Assembly (NCBI GenBank): GCA_035577025.1 | Contig: DATLVU010000003.1 | Location: 2,433-66,432, forward strand | DNA: 64,000 nt | DNA from: Gemmatimonadales bacterium | Lineage (GTDB): Bacteria > Gemmatimonadota > Gemmatimonadetes > Gemmatimonadales > GWC2-71-9 | Reading direction: 5' to 3' | Program-made: the position numbers and the translations under genes | Shown here: positions 21,215-30,103 of the stretch, one piece after another | How the letters are laid out: every line of letters begins with the position of its first letter | How positions within the stretch are numbered: position 1 is the stretch's first letter | Notes under the pieces: generated by a model | Seen by the model: only the letters and a program-made list of their open reading frames with translations | Told to the model about the DNA's origin: nothing | Databases searched by the model: none

Positions 21215-22197
21215 AGCGACCGATCGCGGAGCTCGTGGGAACGGGCCGGTACACGCCCAAACGGGTGATGACCAACGACGAGTTCTCCAAGATTCTCGAC
21301 ACGTCCGACCAGTGGATCCGCGAGCGCACGGGCATTCAGGAGCGGCGCGTGGCCGCCCCCGACGAGTCCAACGCCTGCATGGCCAAGGCGGCGGCCGAGC
21401 AGGTGCTCCAGGACACCGATCTGACGCCGCTCGACATCGATGCTCTCGTGGTGGCGACGTGCTCGCCCGACCGGCTGCTCCCCTCGCAGGCGTGCGATCT
21501 CCAGGCGCTGCTCGGCGCCAAGAACGCGGCCGCCTTCGACGTGCAGGCCGCATGCACCGGCTTTCTCTACGCCCTGAACGTCGCGGAAGGGCTGGTCGCG
21601 GCCGAGCAATTCGAGCAGGTGCTCGTGGTGGCCTCGGAAAAGCTCACGTCCATCATGGACTGGACCGATCGCAGCACGGCGGTCCTCTTTGGAGATGGCG
21701 CCGGCGCCACGCTCGTCCGCAGGAGCACGAATGGACGAGGTATTCTCTCGAGCTACATGAAGTCGGACGGCACGCTCGCTGAGCTGTTGTATCGCCCGGG
21801 GGGCGGGGCCGCGCACCCGCCCGACGCCGCGCTCCTGACCGACCACTCCTACTACATCAAGATGGCGGGACGCGAAGTGTTCAAGGCCGCCGTCCTCTCG
21901 ATGGCCGATGCGTGCGACAAGACGCTCGAACGGGCCCGGCTCTCGAGCGGCGACATCGATCTCTTGATTCCGCACCAGGCGAACATCCGGATCATCGAAG
22001 CGACCGCGAAGCACGCGGGGGTCCCGATGGACAAGGTGTACGTCAACGTGGATCGGTATGGGAACACGTCGGCCGCGTCCGTGGCAATCGCGCTGGACGA
22101 AGCGGTGCGCTGTGGGCGCCTGCGACCCGGCATGAAGGTGATGTTTTGCGCGTTCGGGGCGGGCTTCACCTGGGCGAGTCTGGTGGTGCAGTGGTAG
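21211..22197 (+). CDS. fabH: 3-oxoacyl-ACP synthase III
   Basis: GTG 21211 overlaps the plsX stop. Catalytic triad contexts AACTGFLYAL (Cys), IPHQANIRI (His) and YGNTSAAS (Asn). Confidence 0.93.
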   Translation: MKRPIAELVGTGRYTPKRVMTNDEFSKILDTSDQWIRERTGIQERRVAAPDESNACMAKAAAEQVLQDTDLTPLDIDALVVATCSPDRLLPSQACDLQALLGAKNAAAFDVQAACTGFLYALNVAEGLVAAEQFEQVLVVASEKLTSIMDWTDRSTAVLFGDGAGATLVRRSTNGRGILSSYMKSDGTLAELLYRPGGGAAHPPDAALLTDHSYYIKMAGREVFKAAVLSMADACDKTLERARLSSGDIDLLIPHQANIRIIEATAKHAGVPMDKVYVNVDRYGNTSAASVAIALDEAVRCGRLRPGMKVMFCAFGAGFTWASLVVQW

Positions 22198-22202
22198 CGA
22201 CC

Positions 22203-23132
22203 GTGTGGCTCTGCCCGGGGCAGGGCGCACAAAAAGTCGGGATGGCAAAGGACCTCGCCGAACGGTTCCCGGAAGCGCGGGCGACACTCGACGCGATCGA
22301 CCGGACGCTCGGTTTCCCGCTCAGCACCCTCATGTTCGACGGCCCGGAGGACCAGCTCACGGCGACCGAGAACGCGCAACCCGCGATCCTCGCGCATAGC
22401 GCCGCGGTGTTCGCCGTCGTGGGTCCCCGGGTCGACGGCGCGGCGGTCGCCGCCGCCGGCCATTCGCTCGGCGAATACTCGGCGTACGTCGCGGCCGGCG
22501 CGCTCCCGGCGACCGATGCGGCGGCGCTCGTGCGGCGGCGCGGCGAGCTGATGCAAAAAGCCGGCACCGAGCGACCGGGCACGATGGCGGCCGTCCTGGG
22601 GCTCGCGACCGCGGAGGTCGAAGCCGCCTGCCGCGAAGCCTCGAGCAGCGGCGCGGTCGCCGTGGCGGCCAACCTGAACGGCCCCGACCAGACCGTCATC
22701 TCGGGAGATCCGGAGGCCGTCCGCAAGGCCGGCGAGCTCTGCAAGGCGCGCGGGGCCAAGCGGGTCGTCCCCCTCAAGGTCAGCGGCGCGTTTCACTCGT
22801 CCCTCATGGCTCCCGCGGCCAACCAGCTGCGCGTCGCGCTCGAGCGCGCGGCCTTCCACGATCCGGCATTCCCCGTGATCGCGAACGCCACCGCGGAGCC
22901 CGTACGCGACGCGGGAAACGCGCGCCGGCTCCTCGCCGATCAGCTCACCGCACCCGTCCGCTGGGTTGCGAGCATGCAGCGCGCCGCCGAGCTCGGGGGC
23001 GCGGGCGCTCGGTTCATCGAAATCGGCCCCGGAAACGTCCTGGCCGGCCTCCTGCGCCGCATCGTGCCCGACGCCAGCGTGACCTCCCTGGGAACCGCCG
23101 ATGACGTCGCGCGCTTCCTGGAGGCGGCGTGA
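22203..23132 (+). CDS. fabD: Malonyl-CoA:ACP transacylase
   Basis: GTG 22203 gives M-WLCPGQGAQKVGM. Nucleophile elbow GHSLGEYSA. Confidence 0.92.
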   Translation: MWLCPGQGAQKVGMAKDLAERFPEARATLDAIDRTLGFPLSTLMFDGPEDQLTATENAQPAILAHSAAVFAVVGPRVDGAAVAAAGHSLGEYSAYVAAGALPATDAAALVRRRGELMQKAGTERPGTMAAVLGLATAEVEAACREASSSGAVAVAANLNGPDQTVISGDPEAVRKAGELCKARGAKRVVPLKVSGAFHSSLMAPAANQLRVALERAAFHDPAFPVIANATAEPVRDAGNARRLLADQLTAPVRWVASMQRAAELGGAGARFIEIGPGNVLAGLLRRIVPDASVTSLGTADDVARFLEAA

Positions 23133-23136
23133 GCGC

Positions 23137-23886
23137 ATGAAGATCGACTTGACCGGCAAGGTCGCCGTCGTGACGGGTGGCAGCCGTGGCATCGGGCAGG
23201 CCATCGCGCAGGCGCTCGCACGTGTCGGCTCTCGCGTGGCGGTGCTGGCGCGAGACGTCGCCAAGGCGCGAGAGGCGGCCGCCTCCCTCGGCAACGGAGC
23301 CGGCGGGACGGCGCAGGGCTACGGGTGCGACGTAACCGATGCCCGGCAAGTCGAGACGACCGTGGCGGCGGTGGAAAAGGACTTCGGGCAGATCGACGTC
23401 GTGGTCAACAACGCCGGCACCACGCGGGACAATCTGCTGTTTCGGATCGGCGAAGAGGACTGGGACACCGTCCTCAACACCAACTTGAAGGGCGCGTTTC
23501 TGGTCACGAAACACGCCGCGCGCGGGATGATCAAGCGGCGCTGGGGCCGCATCATCAACATCACGAGCGTGGTGGGGATCTCCGGCAACAAGGGACAGGC
23601 GAATTACACCGCCTCCAAGGCCGGCTTGATCGGCTTTACCAAATCCGTTTCAAAAGAGCTCGCCTCCCGCAATGTGCTGGTGAACGCCGTGGCACCGGGA
23701 TTCATCGACACCGAGCTGACCCGCAAGATCACCGGCGGCGCGCGGGAAACGCTGCTCCGGGCGATTCCGCTGGGTCGGCTGGGGGAGGGGGCGGATGTGG
23801 CCGCCGCCGTGGTCTTTCTCGCCTCCGAGTTCGCGAGCTACATTACGGGACAGGTTCTGGTCGTCGACGGCGGGATGGTGCTGTGA
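23137..23886 (+). CDS. fabG: 3-oxoacyl-ACP reductase
   Basis: SDR motifs [12 protein letters not shown] and YTASKAG. Start at ATG 23137 ([12 protein letters not shown]...). Confidence 0.93.
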   Translation: MKIDLTGKVAVVTGGSRGIGQAIAQALARVGSRVAVLARDVAKAREAAASLGNGAGGTAQGYGCDVTDARQVETTVAAVEKDFGQIDVVVNNAGTTRDNLLFRIGEEDWDTVLNTNLKGAFLVTKHAARGMIKRRWGRIINITSVVGISGNKGQANYTASKAGLIGFTKSVSKELASRNVLVNAVAPGFIDTELTRKITGGARETLLRAIPLGRLGEGADVAAAVVFLASEFASYITGQVLVVDGGMVL

Positions 23887-23917
23887 CCCTTTTCCCACAC
23901 CTCCATTGAGGACACCC

Positions 23918-24169
23918 ATGGCAATGGACATGAAGCAGCTCGAAGAGAAGGTCAAAGACATCATCGTCGAGGAACTGGGGGTCGAGCGCGACAAGCTCAC
24001 GCCCGGGGCGAGCTTCATGGAGGACCTGGGGGCCGACAGCCTCGACACCGTGGAGCTGGTCATGGCCTTCGAGAAGGAATTCGACATCGACATCCCCGAC
24101 GAGGAGGCCGAGAAGCTGAGGACGGTGGGGCAGGCGATGCAGTACCTCCACGACAAGATGGGGAAGTAG
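23918..24169 (+). CDS. acpP: Acyl carrier protein
   Basis: Phosphopantetheine site [23 protein letters not shown] Shine-Dalgarno lies 5 nt upstream of ATG 23918. Confidence 0.95.
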   Translation: MAMDMKQLEEKVKDIIVEELGVERDKLTPGASFMEDLGADSLDTVELVMAFEKEFDIDIPDEEAEKLRTVGQAMQYLHDKMGK

Positions 24170-24173
24170 CCGA

Positions 24174-25418
24174 ATGACGCGTCGGGTCGTCATCACGGGC
24201 CTCGGGTTCGTGACCCCCCTGGGGAACGACGTGTGCAGCACGTGGGAGGGCCTCCTCGCGGGCCGCTCGGGGGCCGGGCCGATCACGCGCTTCGACGCCG
24301 CGCAGAGCCCCGTGAAGTTCGCGTGTGAAGTGAAGGGATTCGATCCAGGACGCTTTCTCGATAAGAAGGAAATCCGCCGCTACGACCTGTTCGCGCAGTT
24401 CGCGCTCGGCGCGGCCGAGCAGGCCGTGGCCGACGCCTGTCTCACGAGCAACTGGGACAAGGTGAACCTGAAGCGCGTGGGCGCCATCGTGGGCACGGGA
24501 ACCGGGGGGCTCCAGACGTTCGAAGAGAACGCCCGTGCCCTGTTCGAGAAGGGGCCCGGGCGCGTGTCGCCATTCTTCGTCCCGATGTACATGCCGAACG
24601 TCGCCGCCGCGCTCATCTCGATGCGGTACGGAGCGCAGGGACCGAACTACTGCACGGTGTCCGCGTGCGCGTCCTCCGCGCACAGCGTGGGCGACGCCCT
24701 CGAGATCATCCGGAACGACCAGGCCGACATTATGATCGCCGGCGGCGCCGAGGCGGCGATTACACCGCTCGCCGTGGCGAGCTTCGCCAACATGAAGGCC
24801 CTGTCAGAGCGCAACGACAGCCCCGAGACCGCGAGCCGTCCGTTCGATAAGGATCGCGACGGCTTCGTGATGGGGGACGGAGCGGCGGTCCTGATCCTCG
24901 AGGAGTGGGAGCACGCCAAGCGGCGCGGTGCCAAGATCTACGCCGAAGTGGTGGGCTACGGGATGACCGCCGACGCTTACCATATCACGGCTCCCGCGCC
25001 CGACGGGTCGGGCGCGCAGGAAGCGATGCGCCTCGCCATGAAGGACGGCGCGGTCCAGCCGGAGCAGGTCGGGTACATCAACGCGCACGGGACGTCGACC
25101 CCGCACGGGGACGCCGCCGAGACCGCGGCGGTGAAGGCCGTGTTCGGTGACCGGGCACGCAAGCTCGTCTTCGGCTCCACGAAGTCGATGACCGGACACC
25201 TGCTCGGCGCCGCCGGCGCGTTCGAGGCCGGTATCTGCGCCCTCGTCGTCCAGACCGGCGTCATCCCGCCCACCATCAACCAGTTCACCACCGACCCGGC
25301 CTGTGACCTCGACTCGGCCCCGAACAAGGCCGTGAAGCGGCACGTGGACGTGGCGCTCTCGAACTCCTTCGGGTTCGGCGGGCACAACGCGACGCTCGCC
25401 ATCCGGCGGGCGGCATGA
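24174..25418 (+). CDS. fabF: 3-oxoacyl-ACP synthase II
   Basis: CTVSACASSAHS (active Cys), INAHGTSTPHGD and SNSFGFGGHNATL. 414 aa. Confidence 0.95.
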   Translation: MTRRVVITGLGFVTPLGNDVCSTWEGLLAGRSGAGPITRFDAAQSPVKFACEVKGFDPGRFLDKKEIRRYDLFAQFALGAAEQAVADACLTSNWDKVNLKRVGAIVGTGTGGLQTFEENARALFEKGPGRVSPFFVPMYMPNVAAALISMRYGAQGPNYCTVSACASSAHSVGDALEIIRNDQADIMIAGGAEAAITPLAVASFANMKALSERNDSPETASRPFDKDRDGFVMGDGAAVLILEEWEHAKRRGAKIYAEVVGYGMTADAYHITAPAPDGSGAQEAMRLAMKDGAVQPEQVGYINAHGTSTPHGDAAETAAVKAVFGDRARKLVFGSTKSMTGHLLGAAGAFEAGICALVVQTGVIPPTINQFTTDPACDLDSAPNKAVKRHVDVALSNSFGFGGHNATLAIRRAA

Positions 25419-25499
25419 AATTGCGGATTGCGGATTTCGGATTGCGGATTGGAAGGGCCGTCCGTCGAATCCGCAATTCGCAATCCGCAATCCGCAATT
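25419..25499. repeat. Hairpin element: 4x TTGCGGA heptamer array, 17-nt loop, 4x TCCGCAA inverted array
   Basis: Left arm 25419-25450, loop 25451-25467, right arm 25468-25499. 30 of 32 arm positions are complementary. It starts 1 nt after the fabF stop and ends 7 nt before the next ATG. Confidence 0.9.
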
Positions 25500-25506
25500 G
25501 GGACCC

Positions 25507-26754
25507 ATGACCGCCCAGGATCCAGCGCTCAAATCAATCGCGGAAAAAGTCGAGGGGGCTGCGCGTCTTACCCCCGACGACGCACTCGCGCTGTTCCAGT
25601 CGAACGATCTCCTCACCATCGGACGCCTCGCCGACACCGCGAACCGGCGCCGCAACGGCGACCGGGTGTTCTTCGCGGCGAATCAGCACATCAACCCGAC
25701 CAACGTGTGCGTGCTGCGGAACACCTGTGTGTTCTGCTCCTTCGCGCGCATGCCGAACGAGGATGGCGCCTACACCCGCAGCCTCGACGAGGTGTTCGCC
25801 GAGGCGGACGCGGCGCGCGAGAACCCCACGCGTGAGTTCCATATCGTGGGCGGCCTCCACCCCAAGCTCCGGCTGGCGTACTACCTGGACATGTTCCGGG
25901 GCCTGCGAGAGCGGCACCCGGGCGTCCACATCAAAGCGCTCACGGCGGTCGAAGTGGCGCACCTGGCGCGGATCGAGAAGCTGAGCGTGCGCGATGTGCT
26001 GGCCGCGATGAAGGACGCCGGCGTCACGAGCCTGCCGGGCGGGGGCGCCGAAGTGTTCAGCCCGGCGGCGCGCGCGACGATCGCCGACAAGAAGCTGTCC
26101 GGCGACGAGTGGCTCGCGGTCCACCGTGAGGCGCACCGCCTGGGGCTCCCGTCCAACTGCACGATGCTGTACGGCCACGTGGAGACCATGGCCGACCGCG
26201 TCGACCATCTGCTCGCCCTGCGGGCCCTCCAGGACGAGACCGGCGGCTTCCTCACCTACATTCCGCTCGCCTATCACCCGGACCACAACGAGTTGGGGGA
26301 AGCGCTCGGGCGGACCGGCACGGCGACGTCGGGCTTCGACGACCTGAAGAACATCGCGGTGGGTCGCCTGGTACTCGACAACATCCCGCACGTCAAGACC
26401 CATTGGCCCATGGTGACCCCGTTCATCTCGCAGGTGGCATTGACGTTCGGCTGCGACGACCTCGAGGGGACCGTGGTGTTCGAGCGCGTCTACCATGAAG
26501 CGGGCGCCGCGACGCCGATGTGGCTGTCGTACGATCAGATCGTCACCCTGATCCGCGGGGCGGGGAAGGAGCCGGTCGAACGCGACTCCCTGTATCAGAC
26601 CGTGCGCACGTTCGAGGACTGGGTGCCCGTCGCCGGGCCCGCGCGGCCCTCAGGCCCGGAAGGGGCGACGTTCCACATTTCCCACCGCGCGCAGGCCCAT
26701 GCCAGGGGAGGGCGCGCGCTTCCAGTCTTGTCTGCTGTGGACGCGGCCGAATGA
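25507..26754 (+). CDS. MqnE/MqnC-family radical-SAM enzyme of the futalosine menaquinone pathway (paralogue 1)
   Basis: CofH/MqnC-like sequence (HINPTNVCVLRNTCVFCSF, GGLHP..., LYGHVET...) adjacent to mqnA. Cys spacing is CX5CX2C. ATG 25507 is preferred over TTG 25498, which lies inside the hairpin. I cannot tell MqnC from MqnE by eye. Confidence 0.8.
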   Translation: MTAQDPALKSIAEKVEGAARLTPDDALALFQSNDLLTIGRLADTANRRRNGDRVFFAANQHINPTNVCVLRNTCVFCSFARMPNEDGAYTRSLDEVFAEADAARENPTREFHIVGGLHPKLRLAYYLDMFRGLRERHPGVHIKALTAVEVAHLARIEKLSVRDVLAAMKDAGVTSLPGGGAEVFSPAARATIADKKLSGDEWLAVHREAHRLGLPSNCTMLYGHVETMADRVDHLLALRALQDETGGFLTYIPLAYHPDHNELGEALGRTGTATSGFDDLKNIAVGRLVLDNIPHVKTHWPMVTPFISQVALTFGCDDLEGTVVFERVYHEAGAATPMWLSYDQIVTLIRGAGKEPVERDSLYQTVRTFEDWVPVAGPARPSGPEGATFHISHRAQAHARGGRALPVLSAVDAAE

Positions 26755-27572
26755 GACTCGGCCGTATCGGCTACATCAACTGCGCGCCGGTCTACGGCGC
26801 GATCGACCGGGAGATCGTCCGTGCGCCCGGCGAGCTCGTAACGGGCACGCCCGCCGAGCTCAACGATCTCCTCGTCGCGGGGGAGCTGGATGTGAGTGTG
26901 ATCAGCGCCGTGGAGTATGCGCGCCACGCCCGCGATCTCGTGCTGCTTCCCGACATCGCTATTTCGTGTGACGGCCCCGTCCGCAGCGTCGCGCTCTTCA
27001 GTCGACGGACCGTCGACCAGTTGGACGGACGGACTGTATTACTCTCCGCATCGTCCCGGACGTCCGTCGCGTTGCTCGAGCTCTTGTGCCGCGAAGTCTG
27101 GAAGGTGAAACCCAAGTTCGCCGAGGCCCGAGCCGAAGCACAGGATTTGGAAGCGCTGGCCGCGCTGCCCCATGAAGCCGTGCTCGTCATCGGCGACGCG
27201 GCGCTCACGCTCGCCGCTCACGGGACCTACCCGCATCGCTACGACCTCGGCGCCGAGTGGAAGACCTGGACCGGGCTGCCCTTCGTGTTCGCCGTCTGGG
27301 CCGCGCGACGCTCGGCCGACCGCGACGCGGTGCGCCGGGGTCACGAGGCGCTCCTGGTGTCGCGCGCGTGGGGCCTCGCGCACCTCGACGAGCTGGCCGC
27401 CGACGCCGCCCGGGCCACCGGCGTGCCCCTCGATGCGTGCCGGGAGTACCTGGGCGGTCTGGATTACGCGTTCACGTACAAGCATCTCGCCGGGCTCACG
27501 GATTTCTTCCGGCGCCTCGCCGCGGACGGAATCGTCCCCGACGGATCGCTGCAATTCCTTCAAGTGGCCTGA
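26751..27572 (+). CDS. mqnA: Chorismate dehydratase MqnA
   Basis: MRLGRIGYINCAPVYGAI...VSVISAVEYAR...FVFAVWAAR, typical of MqnA. ATG 26751 overlaps the upstream stop (ATGA). Confidence 0.85.
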   Translation: MRLGRIGYINCAPVYGAIDREIVRAPGELVTGTPAELNDLLVAGELDVSVISAVEYARHARDLVLLPDIAISCDGPVRSVALFSRRTVDQLDGRTVLLSASSRTSVALLELLCREVWKVKPKFAEARAEAQDLEALAALPHEAVLVIGDAALTLAAHGTYPHRYDLGAEWKTWTGLPFVFAVWAARRSADRDAVRRGHEALLVSRAWGLAHLDELAADAARATGVPLDACREYLGGLDYAFTYKHLAGLTDFFRRLAADGIVPDGSLQFLQVA

Positions 27573-27574
27573 CG

Positions 27575-28618
27575 ATGGTCGATCGCTCGAGCCCCGAGTT
27601 CCGCTCCTTTGTGGAGCTATACGAGCGCGCGTCGCTGCTCGAGCTGGGCGGCTTGGCCGATCAGACGCGCTGGCGCTTGCACCCTGAGAACGTCGTCACG
27701 TACATCATCGACCGGAACATCAACTACACGAATGTCTGCGTCGCGGACTGCAAGTTCTGCGCGTTTTACCGTCGGCCGAAACACGGCGAGGGGTACGTGC
27801 TGTCGTTCGAGCAGATCGGCCGCAAGATCGACGAGCTCAAGGCCATCGGCGGGGTGCAGATCCTCATCCAGGGCGGGCACAACCCCTACATCCCGTTCCA
27901 GTGGTACCTCGACTTGATGCGCTACATCAAGCGGCACCACCCGATTCACATCCACGGGTTCTCGCCCTCCGAGGTCGATTTCTTCGCGGGACGCTTCGGC
28001 ATGTCGATCGAAGAGGTGATCCGCGAGCTCACGGCGGCAGGCCTCGATTCGATCCCGGGTGGGGGCGGTGAAATCCTCGTACAGGAGATCCGCGATCGCG
28101 TCGCGCGGAAGAAAGCCGGCGCCGACCGCTGGCTCGAGGTGATGGAGACCGCGCATCGCCTCGGGCTCAAGACGTCCGTGACCATGATGTACGGGCTCGG
28201 CGAGACGCTGGCCGACCGGATCGAACACTTGTTCCGCGTCCGCGAGGTCCAAGCGCGCACCGCTGGGTTTACCGCCTTCATCTGCTGGCCGCTGCAGCCG
28301 GAGCACACGGAGCTCGAGCACCTCGAGAAGACCGACGCGATCACCTACCTCCGGACCCAGGCCATCGCGCGTGTCGTGCTGGACAACGTCCCGAACATCC
28401 AGGCGTCGTGGGTCACCATGGGTCCGAAGATCGGCCAGGTGGCCCTCCGGTTCGGGGCCAATGACTTCGGGTCCCTCATGATGGAAGAAAACGTCGTGTC
28501 CGCCGCGGGCACGACCTGGCGGATGACCCTTCCCGAAATGCGACGCCTCATCGCGGACGCAGGCTACACCGCACGGCAGCGGCGTCAGGACTACAGCGTG
28601 ATCGACGAGGCGGCCTGA
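27575..28618 (+). CDS. MqnC/MqnE-family radical-SAM enzyme of the futalosine pathway (paralogue 2)
   Basis: NINYTNVCVADCKFCAF (canonical CX3CX2C), QGGHNP and MMYGLGET. Start at ATG 27575 (MVDRSSPEF...). Confidence 0.85.
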   Translation: MVDRSSPEFRSFVELYERASLLELGGLADQTRWRLHPENVVTYIIDRNINYTNVCVADCKFCAFYRRPKHGEGYVLSFEQIGRKIDELKAIGGVQILIQGGHNPYIPFQWYLDLMRYIKRHHPIHIHGFSPSEVDFFAGRFGMSIEEVIRELTAAGLDSIPGGGGEILVQEIRDRVARKKAGADRWLEVMETAHRLGLKTSVTMMYGLGETLADRIEHLFRVREVQARTAGFTAFICWPLQPEHTELEHLEKTDAITYLRTQAIARVVLDNVPNIQASWVTMGPKIGQVALRFGANDFGSLMMEENVVSAAGTTWRMTLPEMRRLIADAGYTARQRRQDYSVIDEAA

Positions 28619-28619
28619 C

Positions 28620-29015
28620 GTGGCCGACGTCCTCGTCCTGGTCGGCTCCGAAAGCGACAAGCCGCGCATCGAGCCCGCCTTCGAGATTCTCAGCAAGGCG
28701 GGCGTTTCGTATGAATTCCACGTGTCGTCCGCCCACCGGCAGCCGGAGCAGACGACCAAGCTGGTGTCGGGTGCCCGGGGCCGCGGGTTCAGGGTGATCA
28801 TCGCCGGGGCAGGGCTTTCGGCCGCCCTGCCGGGATTCGCCGCCTCGCTCACCGATTTACCCGTGATCGGCGTTCCGTTCGCGGTGGGCCCGCTGAACGG
28901 CTTCGACGCGCTGCTCGCCACCGCGCAGGTCCCGGGCGGCGTGCCGGTGGCCTGCGTCGGCATCGACAACGCCAAGAACGCCGCCCACTTGGCGGTCCGG
29001 ATCCTCAAGGCCTGA
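28620..29015 (+). CDS. purE: PurE-like (AIR carboxylase / N5-CAIR mutase fold) protein, short 131-aa form
   Basis: VLVGSESD, SAHR and IAGAGLSAALPG motifs, plus the VPxGVPVA loop. It lacks the usual C-terminal helix, and the loop His is Ala. Confidence 0.7.
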   Translation: MADVLVLVGSESDKPRIEPAFEILSKAGVSYEFHVSSAHRQPEQTTKLVSGARGRGFRVIIAGAGLSAALPGFAASLTDLPVIGVPFAVGPLNGFDALLATAQVPGGVPVACVGIDNAKNAAHLAVRILKA

Positions 29016-29016
29016 C

Positions 29017-29493
29017 ATGCGGGTCGGCGTCGGGTACGACTCGCACCGATTTGCCGACCGCCGGAAACTGATCCTCGGCGGCGTGACCGTCCCTCACCTC
29101 CAGGGACTCGCCGGCCATTCGGACGCGGACGTCGTGGCCCACGCCCTCACCGACGCCGTGCTCGGGGCCGCCGGCCTCGGCGACATCGGGATGATGTTCC
29201 CCCCGACCGACCCGCAGTGGCGCGATGCCAATTCGCTCGACTTGCTCAAGCAGGCCTACCTGCGCGTCGTGGAGGCCGGGCTCCACTTCGTCAGCGCGGA
29301 CATCACGGTGATCCTCGAGCGGCCGCGACTCGGTCCCTTCATCGACGCGATGCGGGAGAAGCTCGCCACGGCGTTGGATACCGAAGTGTCCACCGTCTCC
29401 GTCAAGGCGAAGACGAACGAAGGGATGGGCTGGATCGGACGGGGCGAGGGCGTCGCGGTGATCGCCGTGGCGCTGCTCGACGGCCGCCCCTGA
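29017..29493 (+). CDS. ispF: 2-C-methyl-D-erythritol 2,4-cyclodiphosphate synthase
   Basis: MRVGVGYDSHRF... and HSDADVVAHALTDA. 158 aa. Confidence 0.95.
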   Translation: MRVGVGYDSHRFADRRKLILGGVTVPHLQGLAGHSDADVVAHALTDAVLGAAGLGDIGMMFPPTDPQWRDANSLDLLKQAYLRVVEAGLHFVSADITVILERPRLGPFIDAMREKLATALDTEVSTVSVKAKTNEGMGWIGRGEGVAVIAVALLDGRP

Positions 29494-30092
29494 GTGACCT
29501 GCTCGCTTACCTCGAGCGCCTGCCGCCGGGGCCCCTCTACGGCCTGATCCTCGTCCTCGCCGCAGTCGAGAACGTCGTGCCACCCGTCCCCGCCGACACC
29601 GCGGTGGCGCTCGGCGCGCTTCTGGCTGGTCGGGGCGTCCTGGACGCGTGGACCGTGTTCGGCGTCACCTGGGGAGCCAACGTCACGTCGGCGTCCGCCG
29701 TGTACTGGCTCGCCCGGCGGTACGGACCGGCGTTCTTCCGGGGACGCACCGGTCGGCGGCTGCTTCCGGCGACGGTGCTGGCACACCTCGAGACCGAGTA
29801 CCGGCGCCACGGTGCCTACGGGATCTTTCTTTCGCGCCTGCTCCCTGTCTGGCGGGCCGTCGTGCCGCCGTTCGCGGGCGTGGCGGGCCTATCCGCCCCG
29901 CAGGCACTCATTCCCCTCGCCCTGGCATCGGCTCTCTGGTACGGCGCGTTGACGTTCTTCGTCTCGACGCTTGGCACGAATCTCGATACCGTGGTCACGG
30001 CGTTGGGCCGTGTGAACCGCATCCTTGGCGCCGTCGCGGTCGTCGCAGTCATATTTGCGGTGGTGTGGGTGAGGCGCCGGCTCAAGCGCTGA
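29490..30092 (+). CDS. DedA/SNARE-associated family membrane protein (start codon uncertain)
   Basis: Conserved DedA N-terminal motif (LAAVENVVPPVPADTAVALGA) and TM helices. There is no ATG/GTG/TTG between the ispF stop and GTG 29577, so a CTG start (29490 or 29499) or a sequence error is implied. Confidence 0.7.
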   Translation: MSDLLAYLERLPPGPLYGLILVLAAVENVVPPVPADTAVALGALLAGRGVLDAWTVFGVTWGANVTSASAVYWLARRYGPAFFRGRTGRRLLPATVLAHLETEYRRHGAYGIFLSRLLPVWRAVVPPFAGVAGLSAPQALIPLALASALWYGALTFFVSTLGTNLDTVVTALGRVNRILGAVAVVAVIFAVVWVRRRLKR

Positions 30093-30103
30093 GTGGGGCA
30101 CCA

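Noticed and set aside
25419-25499. Possible CRISPR array or coding repeat at the heptamer arrays. The same question applies to 741-822 and 56419-56520.
   Set aside because: The units are only 7-9 nt, are directly adjacent with no spacers, and are followed by their own inverted copy, so the structure is a hairpin and not a CRISPR array. The peptides read from them (IADCGLRI, IRNPQSAIRNPQ, MPNVECPMLNV, and the EPSQPPEPS segment of the 55753-56511 ORF) are translation artefacts.
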